A stretch of DNA of 64,000 bases from Paraspadella gotoi (taxonomy: Eukaryota > Animalia > Chaetognatha): the NCBI GenBank assembly GCA_051294375.1, contig CM119266.1, positions 12,973,797 to 13,037,796 on the forward strand, read 5' to 3'. The notes beneath the pieces were generated by a model. The model did not search any database, was not told the DNA's origin, and saw nothing but the letters and a program-made list of their open reading frames with translations. This document shows positions 26,654 through 40,109 of the stretch, piece by piece (position 1 is the first letter of the stretch; every line of letters begins with the position of its first letter). The translations under genes were made by a program, and so were the position numbers.

Positions 26654-29013
26654 GATCTTTCTTTTTTCACGACCGTGATCACTGTTTTCCTTGGAGGCGC
26701 GTGAACCGTCGACGGCTTCCGCGGGGATTCTTGACCGGGGAAGACCGCTGAATCAACGCCTTATACGACCACATTTGTCACTGGGCTCAGAGAAAGGGGG
26801 GGATCTCGTGGGGGGGATGAGGCGGGAGCGGGTACAGGGATGAGGGAAGAGGGGGGACTGAGGGTGAGGTTTATGGCGAGACTTCTTGGGGCGGAGAGGG
26901 TAAGGTCATCTTGGATGGACGAGTCTGGTGAGGCTGGCTGAGGAATAATTGAGGCGAAGATGAAGTGTTGGTCGTGGTATATTTGGGGTCTTTTAAAAGT
27001 AAGCTTACGCAAAGTTACTTATTACTTATAATGGAAATTTGATTAAAGGTCGTGCCTTATTGCCGAGATTGATTCATTTGTTACTTCCAAAAGAAAAATC
27101 CATTAAATAATTAAAAGGCATAAAAAATAATTTTTGCTATTTACATTTGAAAATATTTCTCAAATCGACGCAAGCTTGTCTGTCTTTTTAAATGTCGAGA
27201 AAATGCAGAAACAAATTAGGTTAAATATGTGGCGAGATTGCCTTTCATTGTTTAAAACAATGTCCCGTAAACAGTGGTTTTTCTCCTTTAAGCCGGGAGC
27301 GGCGGAAGGCTTTAAGCGTTTCGTGTTTTCAGATGGCAAATTCCGAGGGATCATGGGGCGAATGGGACGAGCGGTGAATAGGAAAAGTGTGTGGTGTCTT
27401 GCGAAAGTTGTGTGTGGAAAATATTGGGAGCTAAAATTCTTAAGCGAAGAAGATAAAAAGAGAAAAGCGAAGGAACGGAGCTCGTTTCGAAGGTGGGTCA
27501 TGGGTCGAAAGAAAATGGGAGGGGCCGGAGTTATGGGAGGGAAGGGAGCCGAAAGACCGAGAGAGATCGTAAGTGCCCTTTGTTGAGTGCGCTGCGGGCG
27601 TCCGGCGGCGGCCACGGATGCGCAGCGAAAGCGGCAACCTACATACTTATGGCTGGGCGGCGTTGTTGTTGTCGTTGTTGTTGTTTTGGAAGGCGATGGC
27701 GTCAGCCGAAATGCTAAAGAAAATCCGCCTGAAGACAAAAGGAAACAAGAAAAGGTTGAGGAGGAGGAGGAGTTAGAAGAGGGAGGAGGAGGAGCAAGGA
27801 AGATGAAGTAAGGAGGAGGAGGACGGCATTAACGTTAAAGGAGAAAAAAGGAGAGAAAAAAAGAAAGAAAAAAAATTGGAAAAGATAAAGGGAGAAAGAA
27901 AGCGGGAGAAAACCCGAATCTCTTGGGCGAAACAAGGAGGAGAGCGCTCCAATATCCTCTCTCTCTCTCCTCTCTCTCCTCTCTCTTCTCATCTCTCTCT
28001 CTCTCTCTCTCTCTTCTCTCGTCTTATAGGTTCCCCGCCTCCATCCGCAGGTTCTTATGAACGCCCCTCCTTTATATTTTACACTTTTTCCTTTTTCTTT
28101 TTTCATAGATCCTTTCATGGTTTTCCGTCTTTTCTTTTACCTTTTACTCTTTTTTATATCTTTTTTAATTCTCTCCTTCCCAGCAAAGACTCGGCCCTAT
28201 GTAAGTTACAATTTACATTTTATAACACTTTACGCTTTCCCTGCCGTTTATATATTACGCAACTCTTGGATAGCAACAATCTGTTTGCTTTCTGTTTTTG
28301 TTTTTTTTTTGTTTTTTTGTTTTTTTGTTTAGCGCAAAAACCTTTCTTTTGAATTTGTACGGCATGTCGTAATTTTCGAACAAGCTTGCAGTGAGAACCG
28401 ATTCTGCTTGTCAACTGCGAATCGCCACAATTGCAAAAAGAGTAAACTGAACTCTAGGACTGAACGCGAAAGTCAAAGACAATTTCTCAACTAACGATTA
28501 CAGTAATAGTAGAAACAACACCACCACAACAACAACCAGGATCCTCGTTCAAACTCGTGGGAATTCGCTAATGCTTAAATGTCGCTCTCTACCCGCTACC
28601 GAATGAAATTGGAAAAGAGAGAGCAGGAGAGAAAGAAGAGAGAGAGACGAGAGAGAGAGAGAGAGAGCAGAGAGGAAGAGAGAGAGAGAGAGAGAGAGAG
28701 GAGGAGAGAGAGAGAGACAGAGATGAGAGAAATATAACGAGAAAAAGGTCGTAGTCAGGATTATGGCAATGATGTTTGATTAAGGAAACGAGACCAGAAT
28801 GGAGATATTCATATCGTTCTCTCTTTTTTTTTGTAGTTGCAGTTAAGAACCCAGGGAAAAATTATTGGAAAGTTTCTTCGTTAAAAGTTTTTAATCAAAT
28901 ATGGATTTTTAAAAAAGGAAGGCTGCGAAAGGAGCTGGCGGCAGAGATGGAGAAAAGAACGAATCATAAAACTGAGAAAGAAGAAAGAAAAAGAGATGAG
29001 AGAGAGAGAGAGA

Positions 29014-29048
<35 letters not shown>

Positions 29049-29177
29049 GAATAGAAGAGAGGAGTGTGTACGTATAAAAACTCCTAGTACTGAAAAATGG
29101 AGAGAGAAAAAAATAAAGTTACTAGTAGGAGGACGCAGGAGAGAGAGAAGGAGAGAGAGAGGAGAGAGAGCAGAGAG

Positions 29178-29209
<32 letters not shown>

Positions 29210-32200
29210 CGATTTGCGCGACAAATTAAAGGAAGGAATAATTCCGAAAAGAAAAGAGACAGGAAGGGCGACTGCCTATCGCTGAAAAAGAGATGATGAT
29301 TGATGATGATGTGATGATGCATGATGATTATGATGAATGATTGAAATGATGGAATGAGTTGATAGATGATGATGATGATGATGATGATTGATGATGATGA
29401 TTGATGATGAATTATATTGGAAAATTATGACGGAAGTAAATATAAGAATAAAGTCGTATCGACGATTCGGGAAAAAAATTATGTCAAAAGATGTTGAAAT
29501 AAACAATCGATTAGTGTAATGACGAAATTTATACTTTGAAAAATCGTAAGACTATTTGCAAAAAAAAAAAAATAATAAAGAAGCATTTGAACAAACATTG
29601 CTATAAAAAAATGTTTGCGTGAAAAAAAATCGGCACAAACGTAACGACGACATTTTATAAACAATAAAACACTAAGAACGAGAATAAAAAAAGCTCTTCG
29701 CTTGTCTTAATTTTGGCAAAAATGTTCAACTTTTCCACCAATAAAGAAGGAGAGAAGAATAATAAGAGTGGTGGAGGAAGAAGAAGAAAGAAGAAGAAGA
29801 GAAGAAGAGAAGAAGAAGAGAAGAAGAGGAGGAGGAAGAGGAAGAGGGAAAAAAGGAAAGAAAGAAAAAAGAGAAGAAATTGGAGACGAAAGTTGGAACG
29901 TGACTTTGCAGTCTTTCGTGCGAAACGATCCTTTCGACTCGCAAGATGGCGTCTCTCTAATTTTCCTCACTCTTTTTCCTCATTTCTTTTTTTTTTTCCC
30001 CTTTTTTTCTATCTCTCATCTATTTTTTTTTAATATTTTTCCTTCCTTTATTTCTCTTTTCTATCAGATTTCTAATGATCCCTTTCTCTATTTCTTCTTT
30101 CCTTTTATTCTATAAAGGTCTCGTTAATCTTCTTTTTTTTCTCTCTTTCCTCCATCATTCTATTCACTCATTTCATGCGTAATCTTCTACGTGTTAATTC
30201 CCTCCTCTCCCTTTCCTGGCTCTCTCTCTCTCTCTCATCGTCTCTCTCTTCTCCTCTCTCTTCTGCTCTCTCTAATCTCTCTCTCTCATCAGTCTCTCAT
30301 CTCTCTCTCTCTCTCTCTTCTCCTTTCTTCTTTCTCTATCTCTCTCTCTTCTGATTTGATTTCTTTTCACAGTTCCCTTACGTTCTCATGCATCCATTCC
30401 TCCTATTTTTTTTTTAACCTTATTAACATTTTTCCCCGATTTTTTTAGGCGGAACAAAATATCAACTCTCCTGATTTTCTCTTCTCTCCCCTATCTCTCT
30501 TTCCATTTTCCATTCGGGAGGGTAGAGAGCGACATTAAAGCATTAGCGAATTCCCACGAGTTTGAACGAGGATCCTGGTTGTTGTTGTTGTTGTTGTTGT
30601 TCCTACTATTACTGTAATCGTTATTGAGAAATTCTCTTTGACTTCGGTTCAGTCCAGAGTTCAGTTACTCTTTTTGCAATTGTGCGATCGCAGTTGACGA
30701 AGAGAATCGTTTCTCATTGCAACTTGTCGAAATTACGACATGCCGTACAAATTCAAAAAGAAAGGTTTCGGCTAAACAAACAAACAAAAAAACAAAAACA
30801 GAAAGCAAACAGTATTGTTGCTTTCCAAGCCAGTTGCCCGTAAATTATAAACGGAGTGAAAAGCGTAAGTTGTTATAAAATGTACAATATGATAACTTCA
30901 ATTAGGGGCCCGCAGGTCTTTGCGGGGAAGGAGAAGAATTACAAAAAGATATAAAAAAAGAAGTAAAAGCGTCAAAGAAAAGACGAAAACCGAGAATGAA
31001 AGGAATCTATTTGAAAAAGAAAAAGGAAAAGTGGCTAAAAATAAAGGGAGGGGCGTTCATAAGAACCTGCGGATGGAGGCGGGGACATCCGAGAGACATA
31101 GAGAGAGTAAGAGGAGCAGCAGAGAGCACGAGAGAGATGGAGAGAGAGGAGCAGAGGAGAGCAGAGAGTAGGACGAGGCAGTTTGAGGAGAGAGAGATGA
31201 GGAGCCTGAGAGAGACCAGAGGATATGAGCTCCATCCCTTGGCTTTCCGCCCAGAGATTCCGGGTTTCTCCCGCTTCTTTCTCCCTTTTCTTTCCAATTT
31301 TTTTTCTTTTCTTTTTTCTCTCCTTTTTTCTCCCTTTAACGTTAATGCCGTCCTCCTCCTCCTCTTCCATCTCCTGCTCCTCCTCCTCCTCTTCTAACTC
31401 CTCCTCCTCCTCAACCTTTTCTTGTTCCTTTTGTCTTCAGGGATTTTCTTTAGCATTTCGCTGACGCCATCGCTTCAAAACAACAACAACGACAACAACA
31501 ACGCCGCCGCAGCCATAGTAGTAGTGCCGCTTTCGCTGGCATCCGTGGCCGCCGCCGACGCCGCAGCGACGCAACAAAGGCACTTACGATCTCTCCGGTC
31601 TTTCGGCTCCCTCCCTCCCATACTCCGGCCCCTCCCATTTCTTTCGACCCATGACCCACCTTCGAACGAGGTTCCTCGCTTTTCTCTTTTATCTTCTTCG
31701 CTTAAGATTTTAGCCCCAATATTTCCACACACAACTTCGCAAGACCCACACACTTTTCCATTCACGCCGTCCCATCGCCCCATGATCCCTCGAATTTGCC
31801 ATCTGAAAACACGAAACGCTTAAGCCTTCCGCGCTCCCGGCTTAAAGGAGAAAACACTGTTTACGGGATAAACAATGAAGCAACTCGCACATTTACCTAA
31901 TTGTTTTCTGGATTTTCTTCGACATAAAAAGACGACAAGCTGCGTCGATTTGAGAAATATTTTCAAATGTAAATTATAAATTATTTTTTATGCCTTTTAT
32001 TATAATAAAATGTTCTTTTGGGAAGTAACAAATGAATCGAATCTCGGCAATAATGACGACTTAGTCAAATTCCATTATAAGTAATAAGTAACTTGGTAAG
32101 TTACTTAAAAGACCAAATTACCACGACCANNNNNNNNNNNNNNNNNNNNNNNNNNNNNNNNNNNNNNNNNNNNNNNNNNNNNNNNNNNNNNNNNNNNNNN

Positions 32201-32452
32201 NNNNNNNNNNNNNNNNNNNNNNNNNNNNNNNNNNNNNNNNNNNNNNNNNNNNNNNNNNNNNNNNNNNNNNNNNNNNNNNNNNNNNNNNNNNNNNNNNNNN
32301 NNNNNNNNNNNNNNCCCCCCCATTTCTCTCCAGCCCGGTACAAATCGTGGTCGTGAAGGCGTGATTCAGGGTCTTCCCCGTCAAGAATCCCCGCGGAGCG
32401 TCGACGTTCACGCCTCCAAGGAAACAGTGAACGGGTGAAAAAAGGAAAGATT
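26654..32452. repeat. Long inverted duplication 2: arms ~26654-28640 and ~30480-32452, with a low-complexity spacer
   Basis: 26968-27060 pairs with 32041-32129, 28540-28620 with 30490-30580, and 26655-26800 with 32314-32450. Confidence 0.93.
29292..29410. repeat. (GAT)n microsatellite, imperfect
   Basis: GATGATGAT runs. Confidence 0.9.
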
Positions 32453-33276
32453 CGTGCGAAGGGGGAAATGGGGGAAGGAGGAGGAGGAGGAGGAGGAGGA
32501 GGGGGGTGGGGGCAGAATGGGGGGGAGAGAGGGTGAGTAAGGTTAACTAAAGGAGAGTGAGGTAAATCGGTGAAAGGGGACCACTTTGGTGAAAATAATA
32601 GGGGCTTTGTTGTAATCTACGCGAGAAAAAAATGTATCCATAGAAAATTGTTTTTAAAATTAGGTTTCCTTCCTTGGAAGCGTCAAAAATTTAAAGTTAT
32701 GCAAAAAAAAAAAGTGCCTAAAATTTTAAGTAGCGATGGCGTGGAAAAATTTATGTTATGGGACTAAAAGTTAATTTTTTCCTCAAAACTTAAAAAAAAA
32801 TCATAAAATTTAGGCAATAATACGCAGAATGATATTTTTTTTACACGCAGTTTTAAAATAAAGATAACTAATCCACAGTCCCTTTTTGTTTTTCTCCCTA
32901 TCAATTCGCTCCAAATTTTGTGTGGGCGATCACAGAGGGCGAGGTGGGCGAAGCTCGACCCGAAATGCGTTAGAATACGAATCGTCGGGCGAGACTCGAG
33001 ACGTTAAGAGGAAAAAGGAAATTCTTTCCTTTTTTTTTCTTTTTTTCAGTTTCTCGTTTCTCTGGAATTTCTCTCTGGTCGGAGGAAGAGAAGAGAAGAC
33101 CGGAAGAAGAATAGACGGAGAAAGAAAGAGAGGTAAAGATCCTGGGGGAGAAGAAACGAAAGGAACGAGGGAAGATAAAAGTGAGGGAAAGGAGGAATGA
33201 AGAATGCGAGGCATGAGAAGGAGAACTTGGGAGGAAGTTACGAAGAAAAAGGAAACAGAGATAGAAAAGGAGTGGA

Positions 33277-33332
33277 AAGAAAGAAAGAAATGAAGAAAGA
33301 AAGAAAGAAAAAAAGAAAGAAAGAAAGAATGA

Positions 33333-33400
<68 letters not shown>

Positions 33401-33404
33401 AAAA
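33277..33404. repeat. (GAAA)n microsatellite
   Basis: Tetranucleotide run. Confidence 0.95.
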
Positions 33405-33902
33405 AAAGAAATGAAATAAAGTCTTTTTTTTTTTGAAAATGAGGACATAATCGTCATCGACGACAGGAACAACAAACGTCTTCTCTTTCAACGACGTCGT
33501 TTCCTTCACGCGCGATAAAAAACGACGGGAATTCCCTGACCTCCTTTTCCTTTCCCACCTTCGTAGAGAACTTACCCCGTCCCTTTTCAGAACTTATCTT
33601 TTTTCCCTTTCTCGAATAGAACTCGCTCGTCAATTAGCCTACTTTTCCGTCGCCCAAAAAAGGTGACAAAAGCCCATTTTTCGCTACTTGCTAAAAATTT
33701 ACCTGGTTAGCCTCGGCCCTTTCGCGCTTATTCAACCCGCTAGACAGCCCATTTTTTTCTGCCAAAGAACTGACTTTACCCNNNNNNNNNNNNNNNNNNN
33801 NNNNNNNNNNNNNNNNNNNNNNNNNNNNNNNNNNNNNNNNNNNNNNNNNNNNNNNNNNNNNNNNNNNNNNNNNNNNNNNNNNNNNNNNNNNNNNNNNNNN
33901 NN

Positions 33903-34078
33903 CTGCTCGGCCAGCCAGCCCATGTGCTTGATCTCCCGACTTCCCGGCGTCGCGCTCAACATCGCGTTCGCCTCCGACATCGACGACGTCGTCAACTCGG
34001 TAGTCAGCGCGTGCAGCGCCGAGAACCACGCGATCGCCGCCGTCTCGTCGGAGCAGCGCAGGATGCAGGAGGATCGGC
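33903..34078 (-). CDS. SNTB1: Alpha/beta-type syntrophin exon (end of split PH1, start of PH2)
   Basis: AG at 34080-34079, then (G)RSSCILRCSDETAAIAWFSALHALTTELTTSSMSEANAMLSATPGSREIKHMGWLAEQ. This matches the syntrophin motifs ILR..D...A.AWFSAIH and SREI.H.GWLAE. The symbol denotes the family (Syn1/SNTB-like). Confidence 0.88.
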
Positions 34079-36627
34079 CTTTTTGTTTTGTTTTTATTTT
34101 ATTTTCGTGAGGCGCGAAGATATGGAGGTGTTGTTANNNNNNNNNNNNNNNNNNNNNNNNNNNNNNNNNNNNNNNNNNNNNNNNNNNNNNNNNNNNNNNN
34201 NNNNNNNNNNNNNNNNNNNNNNNNNNNNNNNNNNNNNNNNNNNNNNNNNNNNNNNNNNNNNNNNNNNNNNNNNNNNNNNNNNNNNNNNNNNNNNNNNNNN
34301 NNNNNNNNNNNNNNNNNNNNNNNNNNTTTTCATTTTTTTCCCCCTGCGATAACTTTTTTTTTCTTGGAACTGAAACCCTCTGCAACTTTTTCGTTGTTCG
34401 AACTCTGAGGTTTTTCTATTAGTTTGAGTTATTAAATGCACCGAAAAATAATAGATGTCAGAGGGTAATGAAGACAAAGAAATGTGGATAAGAATGGGAG
34501 GAAGAAAAACTAAAATTGTTTGGTACTACAAAATCTCTGTTAGGGCGAAAGAGAGAGAAAGAAATAAGAGAGAAAAATAGGGGGAGAGAGAGAGAGAGAG
34601 ACAGAGAGTGAGGGCGCCCGGCTGTGAAGGTTATCGCGTAATGACGTCATTTCCTAGCGCTAAAATCGGTTGTAAGTAATATGATCCGNNNNNNNNNNNN
34701 NNNNNNNNNNNNNNNNNNNNNNNNNNNNNNNNNNNNNNNNNNNNNNNNNNNNNNNNNNNNNNNNNNNNNNNNNNNNNNNNNNNNNNNNNNNNNNNNNNNN
34801 NNNNNNNNNNNNNNNNNNNNNNNNNNNNNNNNNNNNNNNNNNNNNNNNNNNNNNNNNNNNNNNNNNNNNNNNNNNNNNNNNNNNNNNNNNNNNNNNNNNN
34901 NNNAAAAAAAAAAATCTCCCGAAATTATGATTTATCGTCTTTTGGTTTCCGGGTTCCAGACTTTTTAAGGGGGGAATAAAGCTGTAAAAAAGGGAAGGAT
35001 GATGGACCACGTAGCAAAGGAGGGAAGGTTATGGGAAATCTGGCAATTTAGAGTGAGTTATAACTTATAAGGCCTNNNNNNNNNNNNNNNNNNNNNNNNN
35101 NNNNNNNNNNNNNNNNNNNNNNNNNNNNNNNNNNNNNNNNNNNNNNNNNNNNNNNNNNNNNNNNNNNNNNNNNNNNNNNNNNNNNNNNNNNNNNNNNNNN
35201 NNNNNNNNNNNNNNNNNNNNNNNNNNNNNNNNNNNNNNNNNNNNNNNNNNNNNNNNNNNNNNNNNNNNNNNNNNNNNNNNNNNNNNNNNNNNNNNNNNNN
35301 NNNNNNNNNNNNNNNNNNNNNNNNNNNNNNNNNNNNNNNNNNNNNNNNNNNNNNNNNNNNNNNNNNNNNNNNNNNNNNNNNNNNNNNNNNNNNNNNNNNN
35401 NNNNNNNNNNNNNNNNNNNNNNNNNNNNNNNNNNNNNNNNNNNNNNNNNNNNNNNNNNNNNNNNNNNNNNNNNNNNNNNNNNNNNNNNNNNNNNNNNNNN
35501 NNNNNNNNNNNNNNNNNNNNNNNNNNNNNNNNNNNNNNNNNNNNNNNNNNNNNNNNNNNNNNNNNNNNNNNNNNNNNNNNNNNNNNNNNNNNNNNNNNNN
35601 NNNNNNNNNNNNNNNNNNNNNNNNNNNNNNNNNNNNNNNNNNNNNNNNNNNNNNNNNNNNNNNNNNNNNNNNNNNNNNNNNNNNNNNNNNNNNNNNNNNN
35701 NNNNNNNNNNNNNNNNNNNNNNNNNNNNNNNNNNNNNNNNNNNNNNNNNNNNNNNNNNNNNNNNNNNNNNNNNNNNNNNNNNNNNNNNNNNNNNNNNNNN
35801 NNNNNNNNNNNNNNNNNNNNNNNNNNNNNNNNNNNNNNNNNNNNNNNNNNNNNNNNNNNNNNNNNNNNNNNNNNNNNNNNNNAAAAAGGAAATGAAAGGA
35901 AAGAAGCGACTTAATGACGATCCTCAAACAAGAGACACCCATTGCGGTTGGCGTGCGGCGGAGGAATGGCCCACCGGTAATGAGGGAATCCATTTTCTGG
36001 CCAGCAATTGACTTCCACTCGGAAGAGGGTAGGGGTGGGAGGGAAAGGAGAGAGGTGGGTGGGAAGGGAAAGGAGAAGAGAAGAAGAAATGGTCGAGACA
36101 ATAAATATCAGATAATAAATATCGAGGATCAAAGTTGAAAAGGAAGGAAGATGGGAATATATAACTTGAAGGTTTATAATATTCTTTAATCTTTATAAAT
36201 GACGTTGATTGAAAATAAATGGAAAAAGAAAGTCAGTTGCTTAGAAGAAAGTGAACTGGGAGAACTGGAGTCCCTCGACTGTGGGAGAACGGGAGTCCCT
36301 CGACTGTGGGAGAACGTCTTAAGCCCTTCTCGTTATGAATGACCAAAAATAGAATCAAATGTCATCAATTTTGTCCTTTAACGACGCCGCTTTCANNNNN
36401 NNNNNNNNNNNNNNNNNNNNNNNNNNNNNNNNNNNNNNNNNNNNNNNNNNNNNNNNNNNNNNNNNNNNNNNNNNNNNNNNNNNNNNNNNNNNNNNNNNNN
36501 NNNNNNNNNNNNNNNNNNNNNNNNNNNNNNNNNNNNNNNNNNNNNNNNNNNNNNNNNNNNNNNNNNNNNNNNNNNNNNNNNNNNNNNNNNNNNNNNNNNN
36601 NNNNNNNNNNNNNNNNNNNNNNNNNNN

Positions 36628-36881
36628 AAGTTCGATTGTTCTTCTGTCATTTTCCGAGGGAAACGTGAAATTTCGGGTGAGGTAACACAGGCGAAGAGGG
36701 ATGTTTTTAACGTCCGCGCTAGAAGCAGAGTTGTTGTTGTTGTTGTTCCGACCGTTGAGCGTGCCGTTTCGGCCGAGCGTGCCGGAAGCGACGTCGCCGG
36801 AACCCCAGGAGCCGAAGTCGGCGCCGACGCCCGAGGCGGAGCCTTTTTTGAAGTAGGGCGTCACCTCGCGGAGGTATTTCA
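36628..36881 (-). CDS. SNTB1: Alpha/beta-type syntrophin exon (PDZ end and C-terminal half of PH1), truncated by a gap
   Basis: Pyrimidine-rich acceptor CCTCCTCAG| then (V)KYLREVTPYFKKG...DVKNIPLRLCYLTRNFTFPSENDRRTIEL. VKYxREVTPYFKK and IPL..CY..R are syntrophin hallmarks. Confidence 0.92.
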
Positions 36882-38452
36882 CTGAGGAGGGAGGAAGAGG
36901 AGGAAGAGGAGGAGAAGGGGAAGAGGAGAGAGGAGGAAGGAGGTGGAGAGAAAGTGGGGGGGGAAGACGTGGAAGAGGGAAAGGAAAATAGAAAATTAAT
37001 TTTGGAGCAACGTTTTTAAACTCTTAAAAATAAATTAAACACTTAAAAAAAAATTGAATGACTGCCCCACAGTTTTAATATCAATCATCATCATTTAATT
37101 TTATTTTAAATATAAATTAATTTCACACCATTAGTTCTTCCTTTTATATTTGTTTCTCTCTCAGCCGCAATCGGCTTTCTCTTTACTCTCTAAAGATATC
37201 GTGTTGTAACGTCTGGCTGTTCGAGAACGGAAAAGGAGAAACACCATTTATCAACCGCTCTCNNNNNNNNNNNNNNNNNNNNNNNNNNNNNNNNNNNNNN
37301 NNNNNNNNNNNNNNNNNNNNNNNNNNNNNNNNNNNNNNNNNNNNNNNNNNNNNNNNNNNNNNNNNNNNNNNNNNNNNNNNNNNNNNNNNNNNNNNNNNNN
37401 NNNNNNNNNNNNNNNNATTCCCTCTCTTTTTCTTTTTCTCACCACCTCTCCGTTTAAAAGCTGCAGACAAAGAACAAAAAAACAGAGAAAAAGAAAGAAG
37501 AAAAAAACTTCAACTTCCAACTCAGGAATGAAGCAATTAATTATGAGAAAAGCAAACGCAAAAACCAAATTGCAGGAAAGGTAAACCTTTGATTCCGACT
37601 CGTTTACTTTTTCTCTGCAACTCGGCGGCAGAAAGCGTCACAAATAGAAACGTCGAGCCGGCATTTCTCCCACGCCGCAGTCACTGCAGCCGCAGCAGCC
37701 CCGGCCTCCGCCCCCTGCCTCCCCCTCCCGCCACCTTCCTGCCGCTGCCTCATCGAATACCAATAAATAAAGGAATCGAAACCTTTTCTTCGCTTTTCTA
37801 TTGATTTTTTTTCCCCCCACATTTTATTTCTCGAGAAAAATTCTTTCTGTTTTTTTTTCTTTAAAAACATATTTTTGGTTTCTTCTTAACTTTTTTTTTA
37901 TAAATGTATCGAATTTTCTCCGGTTTCATCAGGCCGTGACTTTTATAATGATACTTTTACTCGATCCTTGCGTCGACGACGACGACGACGACGACGAAGA
38001 GGATTAAAATCAAAACTAAAATCGTCTGGCAACCCATCACTCTTCGCTCACAACGACCCTTCCCGCTCTCACAGGATCACGCCCACTTCAAGGTCGTCAA
38101 CTGACTTCACTCTGCGATTCACCTACAAGAAGAAAAATATCCTATTACTATATTTTTGTTTAAAAATTTGTTTTAATAACAATATCAAATGGACTTTGTT
38201 TTCATTAAATAATTCTTGCAAAAAATTTCAGAGTAAAATGGTTTACAATTTCAGAAGTTATTAATCAATTTGATTATTAATTGATTAAATCAGATTGCAT
38301 TCATTCAAAATAAATAATTTTATATAACTATTCGTAACTTTTGATTTGTTTTTGACGCATCACGTCTGGCTATTATTTCCTATGACTGCACCGTGCCGAA
38401 AGGTGAAAACAATTCTCATAATGATACCGATAAAATCCCAGGCAGAGAAAAA

Positions 38453-38494
<42 letters not shown>

Positions 38495-38514
<20 letters not shown>

Positions 38515-39500
38515 CTTTAGCGAAAGAAAAGAACGAATTCTAGAAAAAATAACTTCACCAAAAAAAATGTTTATTATTACAAAATAGTTGGGGTCCGGGC
38601 CGAACTCGTAAATTCTTTATCTTTGGCGGCAGAATTTAAATCGAATCTTGATTCACGGTCGCCCGCGTGCGAGGCCGAGTTTCGAGGGATAAACGAGGAC
38701 GTAATTTTTGACGGTTGTCTGCGGGTTTGAGGGGGGGGTTTCCGCGCGCGTCCGAAAATCGAATCGCCGACATTTAGGCGTAATTAACTGACTTACGGGT
38801 AAGGTTTGACTGAAGAACATAACGNNNNNNNNNNNNNNNNNNNNNNNNNAGCGCTGGTTTGAATTATGGGAAAAATTGGCGAGGACTTAGATTTTAAAGT
38901 AGGGAACGATGGGGTGGAAGGGGGGACGGGGGGGTTTAGAGAAACGAGGGGTAGGATAAATGATTTTAATAATGGGGGGATGGGTTGGGAATAACCGAGA
39001 AAGGGCAAAGAGGGTTGAGAGTGAGGTTAGGGGGAAGGGATAAATGTCGGTGTCTTCGAAAATCGGTCAAGGAGCTTATAAAGAATTTGAAATGAGGCAA
39101 TCAATTAATCAATAATCGTTTATGTTCTTTCAGTCAAACCTTATCCCGTAAGTCAGTTAACTTACGCCTAAATTGTCGGCGATTTTTCGATTTCGATTTT
39201 CGGGACGCGCGCGGAAACACCCAGCCCCCTCTCAAACCCGCAGACAACCGTCAAAAATTACGGGTCCTCGTTTTATATTTCCGCCGAATAACGTCTCCGG
39301 CCTCGCGGCCACGGCGGCGCGACCTGTAATCAAGATTCGATTTAAATTCGTGCCGCTGCCAGGCCAAAGATAAGAATTTATACGAGTTCCGGCCCGGACC
39401 CCACACTATTTTGTAATTAAATAAAGCATTTTTTTTTGGTGAAGTTATTTTTTCTAGAATTTTCGTTCTTTCTTATCGCTAAAGACGCTCTTTCTCTCTT
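38495..39500. repeat. Inverted duplication 3: arms ~38495-38824 and ~39117-39500, across a 25-N gap
   Basis: GACTTACGGGTAAGGTTTGACTGAAGAACATAACG pairs with 39117-39155. 38515-38620 pairs with 39370-39490. Confidence 0.92.
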
Positions 39501-40043
39501 CTCGTCATCTCCTCAGCTTCTTTTCATCGCCTCCGCCCCGAAATTTCGACCTTAGGTCTCATTGAATTCGCTCCTTTCGTCTCTCGGGACAAAAATCGAC
39601 TCGGAGATTCAGGAATTTTGTGAAAAAAAAACTTTCTTACTCTAAGTTTACCTCGCACTTTTAATCTAAACAGCCCGAGCTGTTATGACAAACTCGTAAC
39701 AAGAATATTTCATCAGCTTCTCCCGTTTAATTTTTGTGTTCCCCAACTTTATACACCGCGGACCCTGTGGTTAGCCAGATATTTACACTATCTTCCATTA
39801 ACTAGGCAAATAAAATTCTTGGAAAATTTTCTTTTACGTATATATTTTCCATTTTATTAATTTTTTTGTGATATTTAATTCTTAACTTAAATTGTAGTTG
39901 GTATATATTTGTATGCATCTGTATCACAATCTGATGTGAATAAAACAACTCATTAAAAATCTCTCTCCTTTAATTTTCTAATCCTCCCCTCTATCTTTCT
40001 CTACCCTTTCACTTTCCCCCTAATATCAACCCTGTCCCTCTCC

Positions 40044-40109
<66 letters not shown>

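Noticed and set aside
32320-32416. Minus-strand peptide VNVDAPRGFLTGKTLNHAFTT as a syntrophin PH2 exon
   Set aside because: Only vague similarity to RLVHSG...FATRTG, and the HLFRVET continuation is absent.
38040-38122. Minus-strand segment with a strong acceptor, starting VN and containing RAGRVV, where the syntrophin PDZ exon is expected
   Set aside because: It needs a frameshift, has an in-frame stop, lacks the THDEAV core and has no phase-1 donor.
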